From assembly GCA_964019425.1 (NCBI GenBank), contig OZ025784.1:310001-374000 (forward strand): a stretch of 64,000 nucleotides of DNA. Direction: 5' to 3'. The notes beneath the pieces were generated by a model. The model did not search any database, had not been told where the DNA came from, and worked only from the letters and a program-made list of their open reading frames with translations. How positions within the stretch are numbered: position 1 is the first letter of the stretch; every line of letters begins with the position of its first letter. The position numbers and the translations under genes are program-made. Below, piece after piece: positions 22,180-34,400 of the stretch. The DNA comes from Flectonema sp. DT1601 (lineage: Eukaryota).

Positions 22180-24031
22180 TTTTTATCATAGGGGGAACCT
22201 ATAACATTGTATTAGAAATCTATCGCTGTCTTTTGAGGCTGAAAAAAAAACTATATTTTTTTTATAACAAAAATTCTAATTTCTATTTTAAAAAACTTAT
22301 AATTAACTTCGGTTAAAATTGCTTGTCTCTGAGTTTGCTTTGATGGAGATCTTAAAACTTTTTTTTTTTTTTTTTTTTTTGTTTTTTTTTTTTTTGTTTG
22401 AGAAAAATAATATCAACCGAGGGCACGGGATGCTCAACCTGTAGTGTGTGGTCCCCGGGTCAATTTGACTTGACAGCATTTCTTTCTCTGGTAGTTTATT
22501 TAAAGCATGCGATTTTGTGTGGACGGAATCCAGTTATAATGATTCATGTCTAATTTGTTGTTAACCCTTGATTTATTTATCCAAGTCACCCCCCGAGAGC
22601 TTCACCAGAGTACCTGACTTCTATGATTTCAATTAAAGTTATCGTTGCGAACTGTTTTTTTTTTTTTTTTTTTTTTTTTTTTGCGAAAAAAAATTATACT
22701 ATGCAGGGGATGAGTCATCCCCTCGAAAAATCATGTTTTTTTCACTAATGATTTTTTGGTGTCTTTTTACAACAACAAAAAAAAAAAAAAAAAACCAACA
22801 ACTTAAGGAGGAGGAGTGGCATTAGTGATTTACTGTTTGATGCCTTCTTGAGATTTAATATTTATTATTACTATTCTAAAACTATTGATTACTGTTCAAT
22901 ACACTTGGAGGAGATTTGGTTCACCAATCCCGTTAGTCGTGTTAGTGTACTTACATACTATTCTATCCACTGGTGGTCAAACATTATAATATAATAGTGA
23001 CTACCCACACACAGAGGGCACTTGTAGTCTGACCAAATCATGACTCATGGTGTTCGCTCTGTGTTTTCCCCCGTCTCCACCCCCCTCTTCAATAATTCAT
23101 TACTTGCTATATCTAAGCAGTCTTTAGACTCGATACTGACTCGTGTAACAGGACAAGTGTTGGATTGAAAATTTTGTTTTATTTACTATTGTTGCTGCTG
23201 CAAGTGACCCCCTAAGCATAAACAAAAAGTCGGTTAACGGGGGTTTAACTCAAAACAAGCTCGTTTTTACTTTTTTATTCTATTTTTTATATTCCTTAAC
23301 TTGGAATGAACTACATGTTCTTTTTGGGAATGGAGAGGGAAATATCAAATATCACAAATTTAAGTATTTCCCTCTTCCGACCCTATCTTTTTTTTTTTTT
23401 TTTTTTGCAGTCGCATGTTCGATTCCGGCTATCGTCATTTTTTCTGCCAAGCAGCAGAGTTATGATGTGAGGAAAAGCATGATCAATAAAAGAACGATTT
23501 GTTCAAACCATTTATTTGCAACACAAGCCTGTGCTAGCGATTAGTTTCTAGAAGCTGGCAAATCTTATCACGGAATTACTGTTTATCACTTTATCTCACA
23601 AAAAAAAAAAAAAAGAAAAATAGAATAAATACATCTGCTTGTGTAGCCAAAACGTGATTTTTCGCAACAAACTTCACAACAAGAATGTATTTTCAAGGAA
23701 AACAGTGACACTTTCCGAAAGGAATGTCTTCCCACACGAAATCATCCACAAGAGCAGTAATGAATCATCACATCACGAGACCAGTGGAGAACTGTTTTTT
23801 TTATTCATTCCACGGGGCACAGACACTCATCTTTGTTATGCCGATAAGCAGATGACGGAAAAAAAAAGAAAAAAATAAAAACCGTCTCAATGGCAAGACA
23901 AGACCCTATAAGTGACTGAAAAAAAAAATGTTGGTTTGTATTTCATGCTCGACGAGTGTTAAATTATTTTCTTTTTTATGACAGGGAAACAAAAACAACA
24001 ACAACAACAACAACAACAAAAAAAAAAAAAA

Positions 24032-25417
24032 ATGTCAAAGAGAAAGAACCCGATAACATCAAAAAAACAATCAGATGAATCGACCAGCAGATTTAACAGT
24101 AATTACTTAAAAGCAATGCTTGAAGACTTTATGAGTAATTTTGTAAAAGCTCTAGTGTTGTTTATTATGTTTACAATGTTGAGATTGGTAGTTGAGGACC
24201 TTCTTTGTAATATCGAAACAAGTGAATTCAATAAAACAACTCAAACAGATACTTCAACTTCATCTGAGGTATTGTTTAAACTGGCAAACACCCACAGGAA
24301 CGCTGGTTACATCCATAATGCTATGGAACTCTACGACTTAGTCATCGAACAAACAACTAACTCAACTAGTCACAGAGAACAAGGACTCTACTCTGAATCA
24401 TACATGATCAGAGGGACACTTCTATTAGTGTACGCTGCTAAAGCTATGAAACTGGATCCAATTGCAGTTCGAATAGACGTCGATACTCCGATTAATTCGA
24501 ATGTATTTCCTGGTAAGGTTCAAGTATCAGGACCGAGATATCAACGACCTTCATATAATCATCGAAATAATGCAGTCGATCCTACTCGAAAGACTTATTC
24601 ACAACTAATGCCTGATCGTTTACTCGATGAAGCAATCTTATCTCTTTCGAGAGCTGCTCGTATTGGAACAGCAACGAAGGAACGAGCGACTGAATTATCA
24701 TCGAATTTGGGAATTGCTGTTCTCACATCTCAACTAGTTTATCAACCAACTGAAGACAAGGCTTATGATGTTATCAGAGATGTGACTCACAGTTATAAGA
24801 AATACGCTTCTATTTACCTTCATCAGCAGCAATCATCTGATTCAAACAGCGACTCATCTCAAGCAACAAGTGAAGTCGCTACTAACTATTCACAAATGAT
24901 TGAGAGACTAGAAGTACTACTAGCGAGTATTCAAGAAGGTGATAGTTTAGATATCATAAGTAAACTGAGACAGGAGTTGCAAGCCCCTCCAGGGTACTTG
25001 AAACGCCTTCGAGGAGTCAGTCAGTTACTCGATACTATCATCCCTAAAGAAGAAGATATGGATTGGGATGCAATTTCAAAGATCGATGGTGAAGTTGAAA
25101 GAATCGTCGACTTAGACTCTTGCACCTCTCACTCAGACCCAACCAACGGTATCAGAACAGCAATGAAAGCCAGCGATGGGTTTAGAAAATGGCTTCCTCA
25201 GCGGTCGCACTTCAATAGCGTTAAGCTTCTTCTTCCTGTTGGTGAAGACTCGATTGGTGCTTGGGAACAAGCGATTTATGTTGGGAGTAAAGAATATGAT
25301 TTCAATGGAAACATTCACAGAGTCCCAAGTACCTCCGTAACTCGTGAGATTCCTGTCAGAACACGAGGAGAAGGTGAGCGGCAACCAGCCACTCCTCAAG
25401 AGGGTATCGCCGAGTAG
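24032..25417 (+). CDS. Hypothetical membrane-anchored protein, possibly TPR-like
   Basis: Hydrophobic ALVLFIMFTMLRLVV segment; LFKLANTHRNAGYIHNAMELYDLVI is TPR-like. Start set at ATG 24032 after the (CAA)n/A-run. Confidence 0.6.
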   Translation: MSKRKNPITSKKQSDESTSRFNSNYLKAMLEDFMSNFVKALVLFIMFTMLRLVVEDLLCNIETSEFNKTTQTDTSTSSEVLFKLANTHRNAGYIHNAMELYDLVIEQTTNSTSHREQGLYSESYMIRGTLLLVYAAKAMKLDPIAVRIDVDTPINSNVFPGKVQVSGPRYQRPSYNHRNNAVDPTRKTYSQLMPDRLLDEAILSLSRAARIGTATKERATELSSNLGIAVLTSQLVYQPTEDKAYDVIRDVTHSYKKYASIYLHQQQSSDSNSDSSQATSEVATNYSQMIERLEVLLASIQEGDSLDIISKLRQELQAPPGYLKRLRGVSQLLDTIIPKEEDMDWDAISKIDGEVERIVDLDSCTSHSDPTNGIRTAMKASDGFRKWLPQRSHFNSVKLLLPVGEDSIGAWEQAIYVGSKEYDFNGNIHRVPSTSVTREIPVRTRGEGERQPATPQEGIAE

Positions 25418-25749
25418 AACGAAAAAAGTCAAGTCAGATTTTATAATTCACCTGAACGAAAATCCTTTTCAGGTGTGTGACACTTTGGAGTTATTCCGTT
25501 TGTCCTTTTTGGTTAGTTACTTTCTATAACAGAATTGGACTCCACGTTTGGAGTATTCTGTTCCTCTGTTTTGTTTATTTTATTCTCACAACTTCAATTC
25601 ATTAAACTTGATCATTATCTCTCACAGTCAGCCTGAATGAAATACAAAGTGACTGTACTCCCCCACGTGGTAGTGAATTTTCTCTCTAAAAATTCCTTTC
25701 ATATAAAACAGAGTGAGTTGATCAAAAAAAAAAAAAAAAAAATAAGAAA

Positions 25750-28236
25750 ATGCGGGCAGTCCGCCGATCATCGCTAAAACCAAATAAACATCCGTCGTGG
25801 TCATCACGGAGAACTAACTTAACGGCAGCTGTTGTTCCGATTGGTGAGGGGAAGAATTTCTCGCCAATGCCACACGTCAGGACTACGATGGGAAACAAGT
25901 GGATGCCTTTTGGTGATATTGTAAAGTCAACAAGCGATAAAGAAACAATCCTTTCAAAGGCAGTAGTAAACGACTTGTTTAAGAACGTTGGACTTGACGT
26001 TACGGAATTCGCTAATCTAGGACAACACAAGGAATTTGGCTTTAGAAATTTATATATCGGAGTCGGTACCGACCTCGGATCTGTTCTTCTATTGACTACC
26101 TGTCGGAGGTGGTTATTAGAAACAAAAGAACCGATTAAACTGCAGCCTCTGATGGTGAAGTTGAACTTTATAAAGGGACACAGTGCTGTTGAGAATGTTG
26201 TTCTTGAATACTTGAGAACAAGATCGATATCGGTAAGGATAATATCACCCAGCAGCTACGACTTCGCTCAAATTGAATCTGCGTTCCCTGAAAGAACTAT
26301 TGTGTGGGAGAGTCTAACAACAGAATCAGAAGAGGTCAAATTATTAATAAAATGGATACTTTACAGTAGTACTAAAACTCAAGAACGACATCCGTTCGGT
26401 GGGAGTATTCTTCTCGGAACAAATTTAGATTCTCAACTTCAAAAAATAGCAAAATTTATGTCACCATACGACCGTGAGTTAAACAGGTGTAGATACCCTC
26501 ACGAGCTGTGGGATATGTCGATGGAACCAGCGACGCCACAACTTCCACTTATTGATACTTGTAATGCCGATTGGAAGATTGGCTTAATCAAATTTCACAA
26601 ACCATTAGTGACTCTCAAATCTGAGATCCTTGTAGAAACTGCCATCAGAAATGGAATGAAAGGACTCGTTACGTTATTATCAAAACCTCCTCCTGTTTCG
26701 TCTCGTCTTCAAAATAATCAAATACGTATGATGTTGGATGTGGTGACCGATTGTCATATTCGCATCAGAGGTGCTAGAAAAATAGCATGCGATTTTATAA
26801 AAAAATCATGTAGGCTTGATTACCGTCTGGGATGGTGTACTATTTCAACCAAAGACATATCAACATTACCAGAAGAAGCGTTGAGGATAGTGGTGTCAGC
26901 AGTGGTTGCGTTTTGTTCGAATAAGTCTGATGTTGATTGGTTGAAAACTCCTCCAGATTCAGTGATTAAAGTAATCGATTACCTCACTCACAAATGTAAA
27001 CTCCCACCCAAACCAATCGTTGCGATACCTGGAACGAGTGTTTCACTGGTGTACGGAGTACCTTACAATCCGGTTCTGTCGATCGAACAAAGAGTTTTTA
27101 GTTTTATCGCAACACCCGAAGAAGAATTACCGTCAGTAGAATTTTCCGATTGGAAATGCAAATCAGACAGACACACTCATGTCCCTACAAAGGCTTTTTC
27201 AAATGCTCAATACGGACGTTGGTATTGTCAACTATTCACGACTGAGGAATTAAAGAACACTGTTGAAAGTCAAAACACTACTTTCTATGTAACAAGACTG
27301 AGAGGTTTAGATGATCCTTGGTGGGGACAAGTGATAAACGCGAATTCGTTTTTGGCTTATTTGAAAACAGAAATTCATGATCCGGAGTTGGCAAGCAATA
27401 CGCAGATTGAAAGACCAACGAGACCGGATGCGAAGATGCTTTTGGATATTCCGATCATCCTTTCTGGGAAGAAAGGATTGGCTCCACCCTCTGAAGATGA
27501 TGAGGAAGTACCTGAAGCATGTCACTTAGAAGTAGTCGGATGTCCACCCTTTGGATACTGGGCAAGCCTACTTCGTAATCACGTGTGGCAACGTACCACC
27601 CAAGTTCTTCATCGATCCCCCGCCTACCTTCTGAAACCGCAATGGCTCCTCGACTTCCTCCCTCCACCTGGAATGCTTGGACCGCTCTTTGTCCCGGCAT
27701 CCAGACAGGTTCAACAGCAATTAAAATCATCCATGTACCTCCGAAAAACAAAAGAATTCGCGGCTCTTCCTGAAGAACTATCTAGTGAGCAGTACAAAAG
27801 GATTAAAACTCACGTCATCAACAACATTACGAATGTCGACAAGTCCGTTCAAAAGGAAAAGAATTACACACACGATGCGTTTGCCTCCAGCACCAAACTA
27901 CTACGAAGTCAAGGAAGGCTGAATGATCCCAAAGAGGAGGTAGCCGAGGAGGAGAGTTTCTCAGATAATGAAACCGCCATTTGGGAAGACGAAGCCATTA
28001 GCTCTCCTCCTTCAGTTCCGCGACATGTTGAACAGCCGATGGAGTCCATTCCCGAAATTAAAAGACTTTCAGCAGCCTGGAATTCAGTTAAACCTGACAA
28101 ATGTGACCTTCACATCACAAGACCTATTCGGAGTCCCCGTAGATCCAGCGCTCTGACCCGTGAAGGTCCGTGGAAATTACAAACCGAACATGGACAGCTT
28201 TTTGGTGGTTCAGTGAAACCCGGTGTTGAAAACTAA
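25750..28236 (+). CDS. Hypothetical protein with a possible degenerate TilS/PP-loop-like N-terminal half and an Arg/Ser-rich presequence
   Basis: 828-aa ORF. Ordered weak similarities: YIGVGTDLGSVLLL, ILLGTNLDSQL, FHKPLVTLKSE, QNNQIR. Confidence 0.6.
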   Translation: MRAVRRSSLKPNKHPSWSSRRTNLTAAVVPIGEGKNFSPMPHVRTTMGNKWMPFGDIVKSTSDKETILSKAVVNDLFKNVGLDVTEFANLGQHKEFGFRNLYIGVGTDLGSVLLLTTCRRWLLETKEPIKLQPLMVKLNFIKGHSAVENVVLEYLRTRSISVRIISPSSYDFAQIESAFPERTIVWESLTTESEEVKLLIKWILYSSTKTQERHPFGGSILLGTNLDSQLQKIAKFMSPYDRELNRCRYPHELWDMSMEPATPQLPLIDTCNADWKIGLIKFHKPLVTLKSEILVETAIRNGMKGLVTLLSKPPPVSSRLQNNQIRMMLDVVTDCHIRIRGARKIACDFIKKSCRLDYRLGWCTISTKDISTLPEEALRIVVSAVVAFCSNKSDVDWLKTPPDSVIKVIDYLTHKCKLPPKPIVAIPGTSVSLVYGVPYNPVLSIEQRVFSFIATPEEELPSVEFSDWKCKSDRHTHVPTKAFSNAQYGRWYCQLFTTEELKNTVESQNTTFYVTRLRGLDDPWWGQVINANSFLAYLKTEIHDPELASNTQIERPTRPDAKMLLDIPIILSGKKGLAPPSEDDEEVPEACHLEVVGCPPFGYWASLLRNHVWQRTTQVLHRSPAYLLKPQWLLDFLPPPGMLGPLFVPASRQVQQQLKSSMYLRKTKEFAALPEELSSEQYKRIKTHVINNITNVDKSVQKEKNYTHDAFASSTKLLRSQGRLNDPKEEVAEEESFSDNETAIWEDEAISSPPSVPRHVEQPMESIPEIKRLSAAWNSVKPDKCDLHITRPIRSPRRSSALTREGPWKLQTEHGQLFGGSVKPGVEN

Positions 28237-28471
28237 GAATACCAGTTGCTTCCCTTCGAAACTCTACTGTGTCGTCTGGTAAGGAAGTGAATCCACAGCT
28301 GTTTTGTAATTTTATTTACTTCCTTCAATACTGACTCATCAAAAAAAAATAAAAATAAAATAAAAAAGAAGATAAGGAGAAAATAACGCTTATTTTCTAA
28401 AACAGGTATGGGGGCCCTCCACTACATGAAATAAAAAAAAAAAAAAAAAAGTAAAAAAAATAACAACAAGA

Positions 28472-31400
28472 ATGAGGTTGCCGTTGCTGTTGTTGTTAAC
28501 ATTTCTATCGCCGGTGTTGTCGGCAGCGTCTCGGAATCCGTCAGCGACGCTGCTGCTGTCGGAGAACTTGCAATCATTAGAACCAGATTTCGATACTTTT
28601 GAATATAAAATAAATATTTACCCTTCTGACGTTGATTACTATACTTCAGGACAGTACGTTAGATTACGACTCTCAGTTTCTGGGTATCTGAGAGACGGTT
28701 CTGCCTTGAGTTCTCAGGAAGGTAAATGGCAATGGCTGAACACTAGTGAGGATCAAGCAGGAATAATGATCGTAAAACACTTCGTTGGAGGTGATTCTTC
28801 ATCTGGTGTTAATTATTGTAATACGACAGCTGACAGTGACGTCATCGATTGGACGACTGATCTGAGTTCAGCAGGAGGAAGTGACCATGTTCCATCTCAC
28901 ACTGTGAGTGATTCGAATATCGAATGCGGGATATCAGACAGCAGTTGTATCCGAGACAGCAACGCTCAAGCTCTCGATGCGTTCGCAACTTTTGAACTTC
29001 CATTTAATTTCAATGGTCTGTTTAGACTGTGCTATCGGAGATCACAATCTTATTTCATGAACTCGACATCAGAACTCGGATGGTTTAATCCTCGAGAATC
29101 TCAGGAAGTGAATTCCCTCTCATCTGGTGATTGGTCAGCACCTGACCACTATGCTCGTCATCAGTGGCAGGATCCAACTGGTGTTGTTGATAGTGATTAT
29201 TTAAATTTTACGACCTATCGAATACTACCGTCTGGCTACTATTGGGAAGCTGCGGGTGATCCGAAATTTCAAAACGGAGACCACATGGTGATGGGAGTAA
29301 AACAGACTAATTGGTTTGGTGCCAGTCAGGTAGCATCAACAGACAAGACTTACAGCGATCAGATCAAACTAGTTCCAACCGGAACTAAATGTATTGAAGA
29401 GGTTGACATCGGAAGATATCCCGGAACGGTATTGTCCAATACTGTTGGTGTTTGGGCTGATGGAGCATTTGACATGGGCGTCACAATCAACTCTGGTAAC
29501 GGAACGATGTCGAGTACTGTTGGTTATCACTCAAATGGAACTGATTGGTGTCCATTTATTGCTTCTTCATCACCGTCATTCACGACGTCACTGACATCAT
29601 CATCAGATTATATTTTAGCCTTCACAGTCTTACAAGAAGGGGATTGGGATGTTTGCTACTCTTCGAGGTACGACAGGACTATCGGGTCAGCTTTCTACTC
29701 ATCGGATTCAAAGATCTCAGCGAAGATTCAATCTCCGGGGGGTTGGAGGAAGATTCCACGCGGTTCTGGAGGAACTATCTCAAAGTTAACAGTTGCGGTG
29801 TACTCACCCACTGTGACTTGGAGTGCTGTTGATCGGACAAGTGACTCGTGGGGGGAGATCGAACTGAAGGAGTTGGGGTCTGGCACCACACTTCAAACGT
29901 CAGCAGCAACTCTACACGATGAGATTACTTCTACAAGTGGAAGATCTTATCAAACATTATCAGGTGGGGATCAGGTTCGTGTTGTCGAATCATCTTTATT
30001 GACATCACTCGACTCGGAGTCACCTGATGGCTGTTGGTCGACATTCTTACCAAAAACTTCAACAACAGACTTACTTGGAACAATGACCTTCTCATCAACG
30101 AAGGAAACGTTTTGGTCTTCAATCCCAAATTTAAATAATAATATCGATGATCGATTCCTCCATCTTCAGTTCCCATCATCCGGATCGTATGTTGTTTGTT
30201 ATCGAAGTGTTGGAGAGTGGTGGAATACGATCGGTAGTTTATTAATAACTGAATCTGGTCAAACTAACATAAGTTACCATCTCAACGATACCAGAGAAGG
30301 GACTTGGGGACCTCTTCAGATCATATCTCCGATATTCGATTTGACGACACAACCGTATTCAGGTAGTGAATTGAGTATTGCTGTTACTGTAGTTGAAAGT
30401 AGTATTGGAGGATGTCAACCTCACAGTGATGCTTTTAAATATTCTCAGCATCTGGTGTGGGTGTCTGTTGATGTTGGTACTTTCACAGATCGATTCGCGT
30501 CAGATCAAATCCGGAGAGACAGGGTTTCTGTTTGGATGAATGTTCCAACAGCAGCCAGCAGCTACTATGTCTGCATTAAACACGGTACTAAGAATTGGCA
30601 ATCACTAACATCGACGGGGTTACTCTCACCTACAACAAAACCAACAATACTAATCGAAATGTTAGACAGGAGATCTCTAACTTTTGGGTCCTTCCGACTT
30701 CAAAGCCGAGTCAGTAAAACTTCGACAACATTAGTAAACGACTTAGGTACTAAAGATGAGTTCATGTTGGTGGCTAACAACTCTGCCGGAGATAATTTCT
30801 TTTGCGGAGATAACTCAACTCACGTGATGAACTTATTCCCAACCACTTTCACTGATCTCATCGTCAAGGAAGTTGAGTACAGCGCTGCGTACTGTCCGAG
30901 TAATTCAAATAATGAAAACGATCCTTGTTACAACTCATTAGATCAAATTGGATTCAAAGATGGATTTAATACAGACCTGTACACCAGTACGGTATTTCAC
31001 TTGGTAACAATACCGAATGTCGACACGTCAGGTTACTTTATATGTTATCGACAGCTGTTGATGAACTGGATTAAAATAGAACCGATTTCTGTAGAACCTC
31101 CTCATGGAGTTAACCTTATAAATCCGATCGTGGAATTGACATCTGGGAGATGGTTTGATTTTCATTTTAATGTGACTGGCGGTACTAAATTTAATCTCTT
31201 ACCAAATAAAGATGTTGTTAAACTTGTGTTGGAGGAAGATGGTTGTCACCAACCTCATTTTCAATCGGCTATTTCAACGGATTTATTTCACCCAACAAAC
31301 TCAACTCTGAGCGACTCATTCAATCAAATGTTCGCTGCGGCGGGTATCTCAATACCAGTTGTTAAGTTAAAGGTAAACATCAGCATCTGTCTTCGACAAC

Positions 31401-34400
31401 ACAGCGAATTCGGTTTTATGAATTGGATTAGACTCCCGAACACTATTTTAATAAAACCGTCTGGAGTTTCATTCAGTCTCAGCACTTCTCTTGTCAGTTC
31501 TGGTTTGGCTCATTTTAGATTTATTTCAAAGGGATTGTTTGACACCAGACCTGGAAAGGATGCTTTTTCTCTCATACTCCACACGTCATATTGTAAAAAC
31601 CAAACTGGTATTTCTGACTTGGGACCGTCGAACTCCAAGGGTGTTGCTACTGCAGAAGCCCTCACAACTCTGAAAACCTCATCAACAGAATTACAGTACC
31701 GAGTGTGTTATTTGTTGTCGAGTGGTGAGTTCACAGGTTGGATTCAAATTCCAGAAGAAATTGATAATAATATTCTGAGGTCATTCGGGTTATCAGATAA
31801 TGGTATTGATTCTGGTAGTCAGAATGGTATTATTAAAGTATCAACTACCACCATTGAGGGAATCTTTATCGGAAGAGACTTGTTCAGTCCTGAAAACATA
31901 AAAACGCTAAACACTTATCCTTTGGTTGGAGGGATAGAAACGAGTACCTCACTCACTTCATACCAGCTGTCAATTATTGGAAAAGGTTTTGACTCTTCTA
32001 AAGATAAATTTAAATTCGTTCAAAACACGGGAACGGATTCATGTGCTGCGGAGGCTTCTATTGGAACTCTGACTGATAATTTATATCAAATAGGAAGTAA
32101 TCCTTCTTGGATAGTTCCTGTTATGACTTTACCATTTGAAACTGGATTGTACTCAGCTTGTTATTTATGGGGATCTCTTCCTGGTCCTATTTGGATCAGG
32201 GTTCCCATAACCACCCTGTCAGATGTGTCTCCGTATAGTGACATAAGAGAAACCCGTGATGTGATTGGAATTGTTAAAAGTGATATTTACTTTTCTCAAA
32301 TTGGTAGTGGAGGTTCATTAATCGTTATTGAAGACCACTACCCGTCACCTTCACTGTCAGCTGATTCGTCGTCACGTGCTGATGCTAGTGACTCAGCGAG
32401 AATCATTGCCAGCAACGGACTTTGTCAAAACATCACAACTACCACTGCCAGGAGTAGTACTTCAGTCAGCAATCACACTCTTCTTGTGATGCCTGTCGAT
32501 GATTCTTTTACAGGATCTTCATCTTCATTCAGTTCTGTGAAACTTCCGCAACTAGAAGTCGACTGGCCTCCTTCAGGTATTCATCCTTTAAAGTTATGTT
32601 ACAAAAAACAAGTCTCATCTGGTAGAGTCAACAGAGGTATTTGGTTAGTTGTTTCAGGTGTTGTGGGTAATCAGTTTTATATAACACCTGCGGTACCTCA
32701 TTCTATTAATATAGTTGGAGGGTCTTTACTGACTAATGAAAATAAAACTTTAATTGGATCAGAATTTACTGTCAAGTATCAAGTTGTGGGAGAAGGTGGT
32801 GAGGCTGTTAGAGGTAATCGTTTTATAGCAGTCATCGGACGTGGTGAGTTCGGGATAGGAAGTCCTGTCACTGCAAGTGACTGCACTTCGAGTGAAGTAG
32901 CTTCTCAATATGGATGGCCGTCTAATAACACGATCATAAGAACAACTTCTGAAGGGATTGCTGTCGCTCAATTAACTTGGACGTCTTCATGTTCCCAATG
33001 TTGGGTTCGACCATACCTGTTAGACACACCCGATGTTACTGGAGAATATTTCCAGTTCGAGTCCCTGTCAAGTCCAATTTCAGAGTTTTCAACTCTTCCT
33101 GGGAAATCATCATCCGGGTATCTTGAAGGAGCGGTGCCGGGAAATCCAATTTATTTACACGATGGAGTTTCTTATAATTTTACGGTTGTTGGATTGACGG
33201 CTTCGGGTCGTCGAGCCCTGGCTAGTGGAGGTCACGCTATTAATATAAACATCACTGAGGGGGGGAATATTTTATCTTTTTTTGGGATTTCAACATCGGA
33301 GACTTATGGAAAACTGTTGAGAACCGTAACTAGTGGAGGACACACATATCAACCATCTTTAGACTCAAGCGGGAGATTAGAATTGATGCTTCACATGAAA
33401 CCCGCTTCGACATTTTCAAGTTCAACTGGAGGAAGAATCACATTAATGATTTCTAGTTTGGGGCAGTCAAATCGACCGAATGCTATTTCTGTTAGTTTTT
33501 GGGTCGTTCCGGTTCTGCCGGTGTTTTTAAAAGTTGTTACAATAGAACCTGTCACGTCTCATATCCTTCCTCAGATATGGAGACCAGAAGACTGGCCTTT
33601 TCCATTAATTGTGTCATCAAGTACTTCTTACCCACGTAATTATTCATTATCGAAATCAACTGCGGCACCAGGACATTATTTACTCAGAGGAAGTAGGTAC
33701 ACAGTCAGAGCTAAAGTTTATGATGGTCTCGGTAGGGTTGTATCTCCCGAGCACTACGCCAGTCGCGCGAGGGCTAATTTAGCTAAACTTTCGCTCGTTG
33801 ATTCCGCTGGTGGGATCGTTGTGGGAATTCAGTTGTTTGGAGTGTTCGCAAAGAACGGTCTAATTAGTATCGTCTTGGGGATTAATATCGGTTTCAACCC
33901 AGAGAAACCCTGCACTGTCTCGTTGACTATCGCGGGTGCTACTGGAGAGTTCACCACTCCAGTCAGAAGCACAGCCAACGCTTTGAGAATAACGTCTGCC
34001 ATTCCTTCTCATGTAAATGCTGGTGAAGACCTTCCAGATATCGTCATTGAGGCAGTCGATAGAGAAGGGAATGTCGATCTGTGGCATTCTTGTTATGTTT
34101 GGCCTCTCCTCTCCAGTTTGAATTCCCGTCGTCGTTTATCAATAGAAAATAACAACAGACAAGTCGGATACTCAGCGAGACAGCTCCTAGTCAACGGTCG
34201 AGTTACTTTTAGTAAATTGAAATTTACATCACCCGCGAGTGATGGAATTTCATTGTTGTCGGATTCTGGATTAGAGATTTTTGAAACTAATAAAATAACA
34301 GTTTCAGACAACGCTCACAAACTAACTGGTAGCGTTAGCATATCGTCAACAAGTGTTTCAGCCCGTCACAAATATACAATTACACTAACTGTACTGGATA

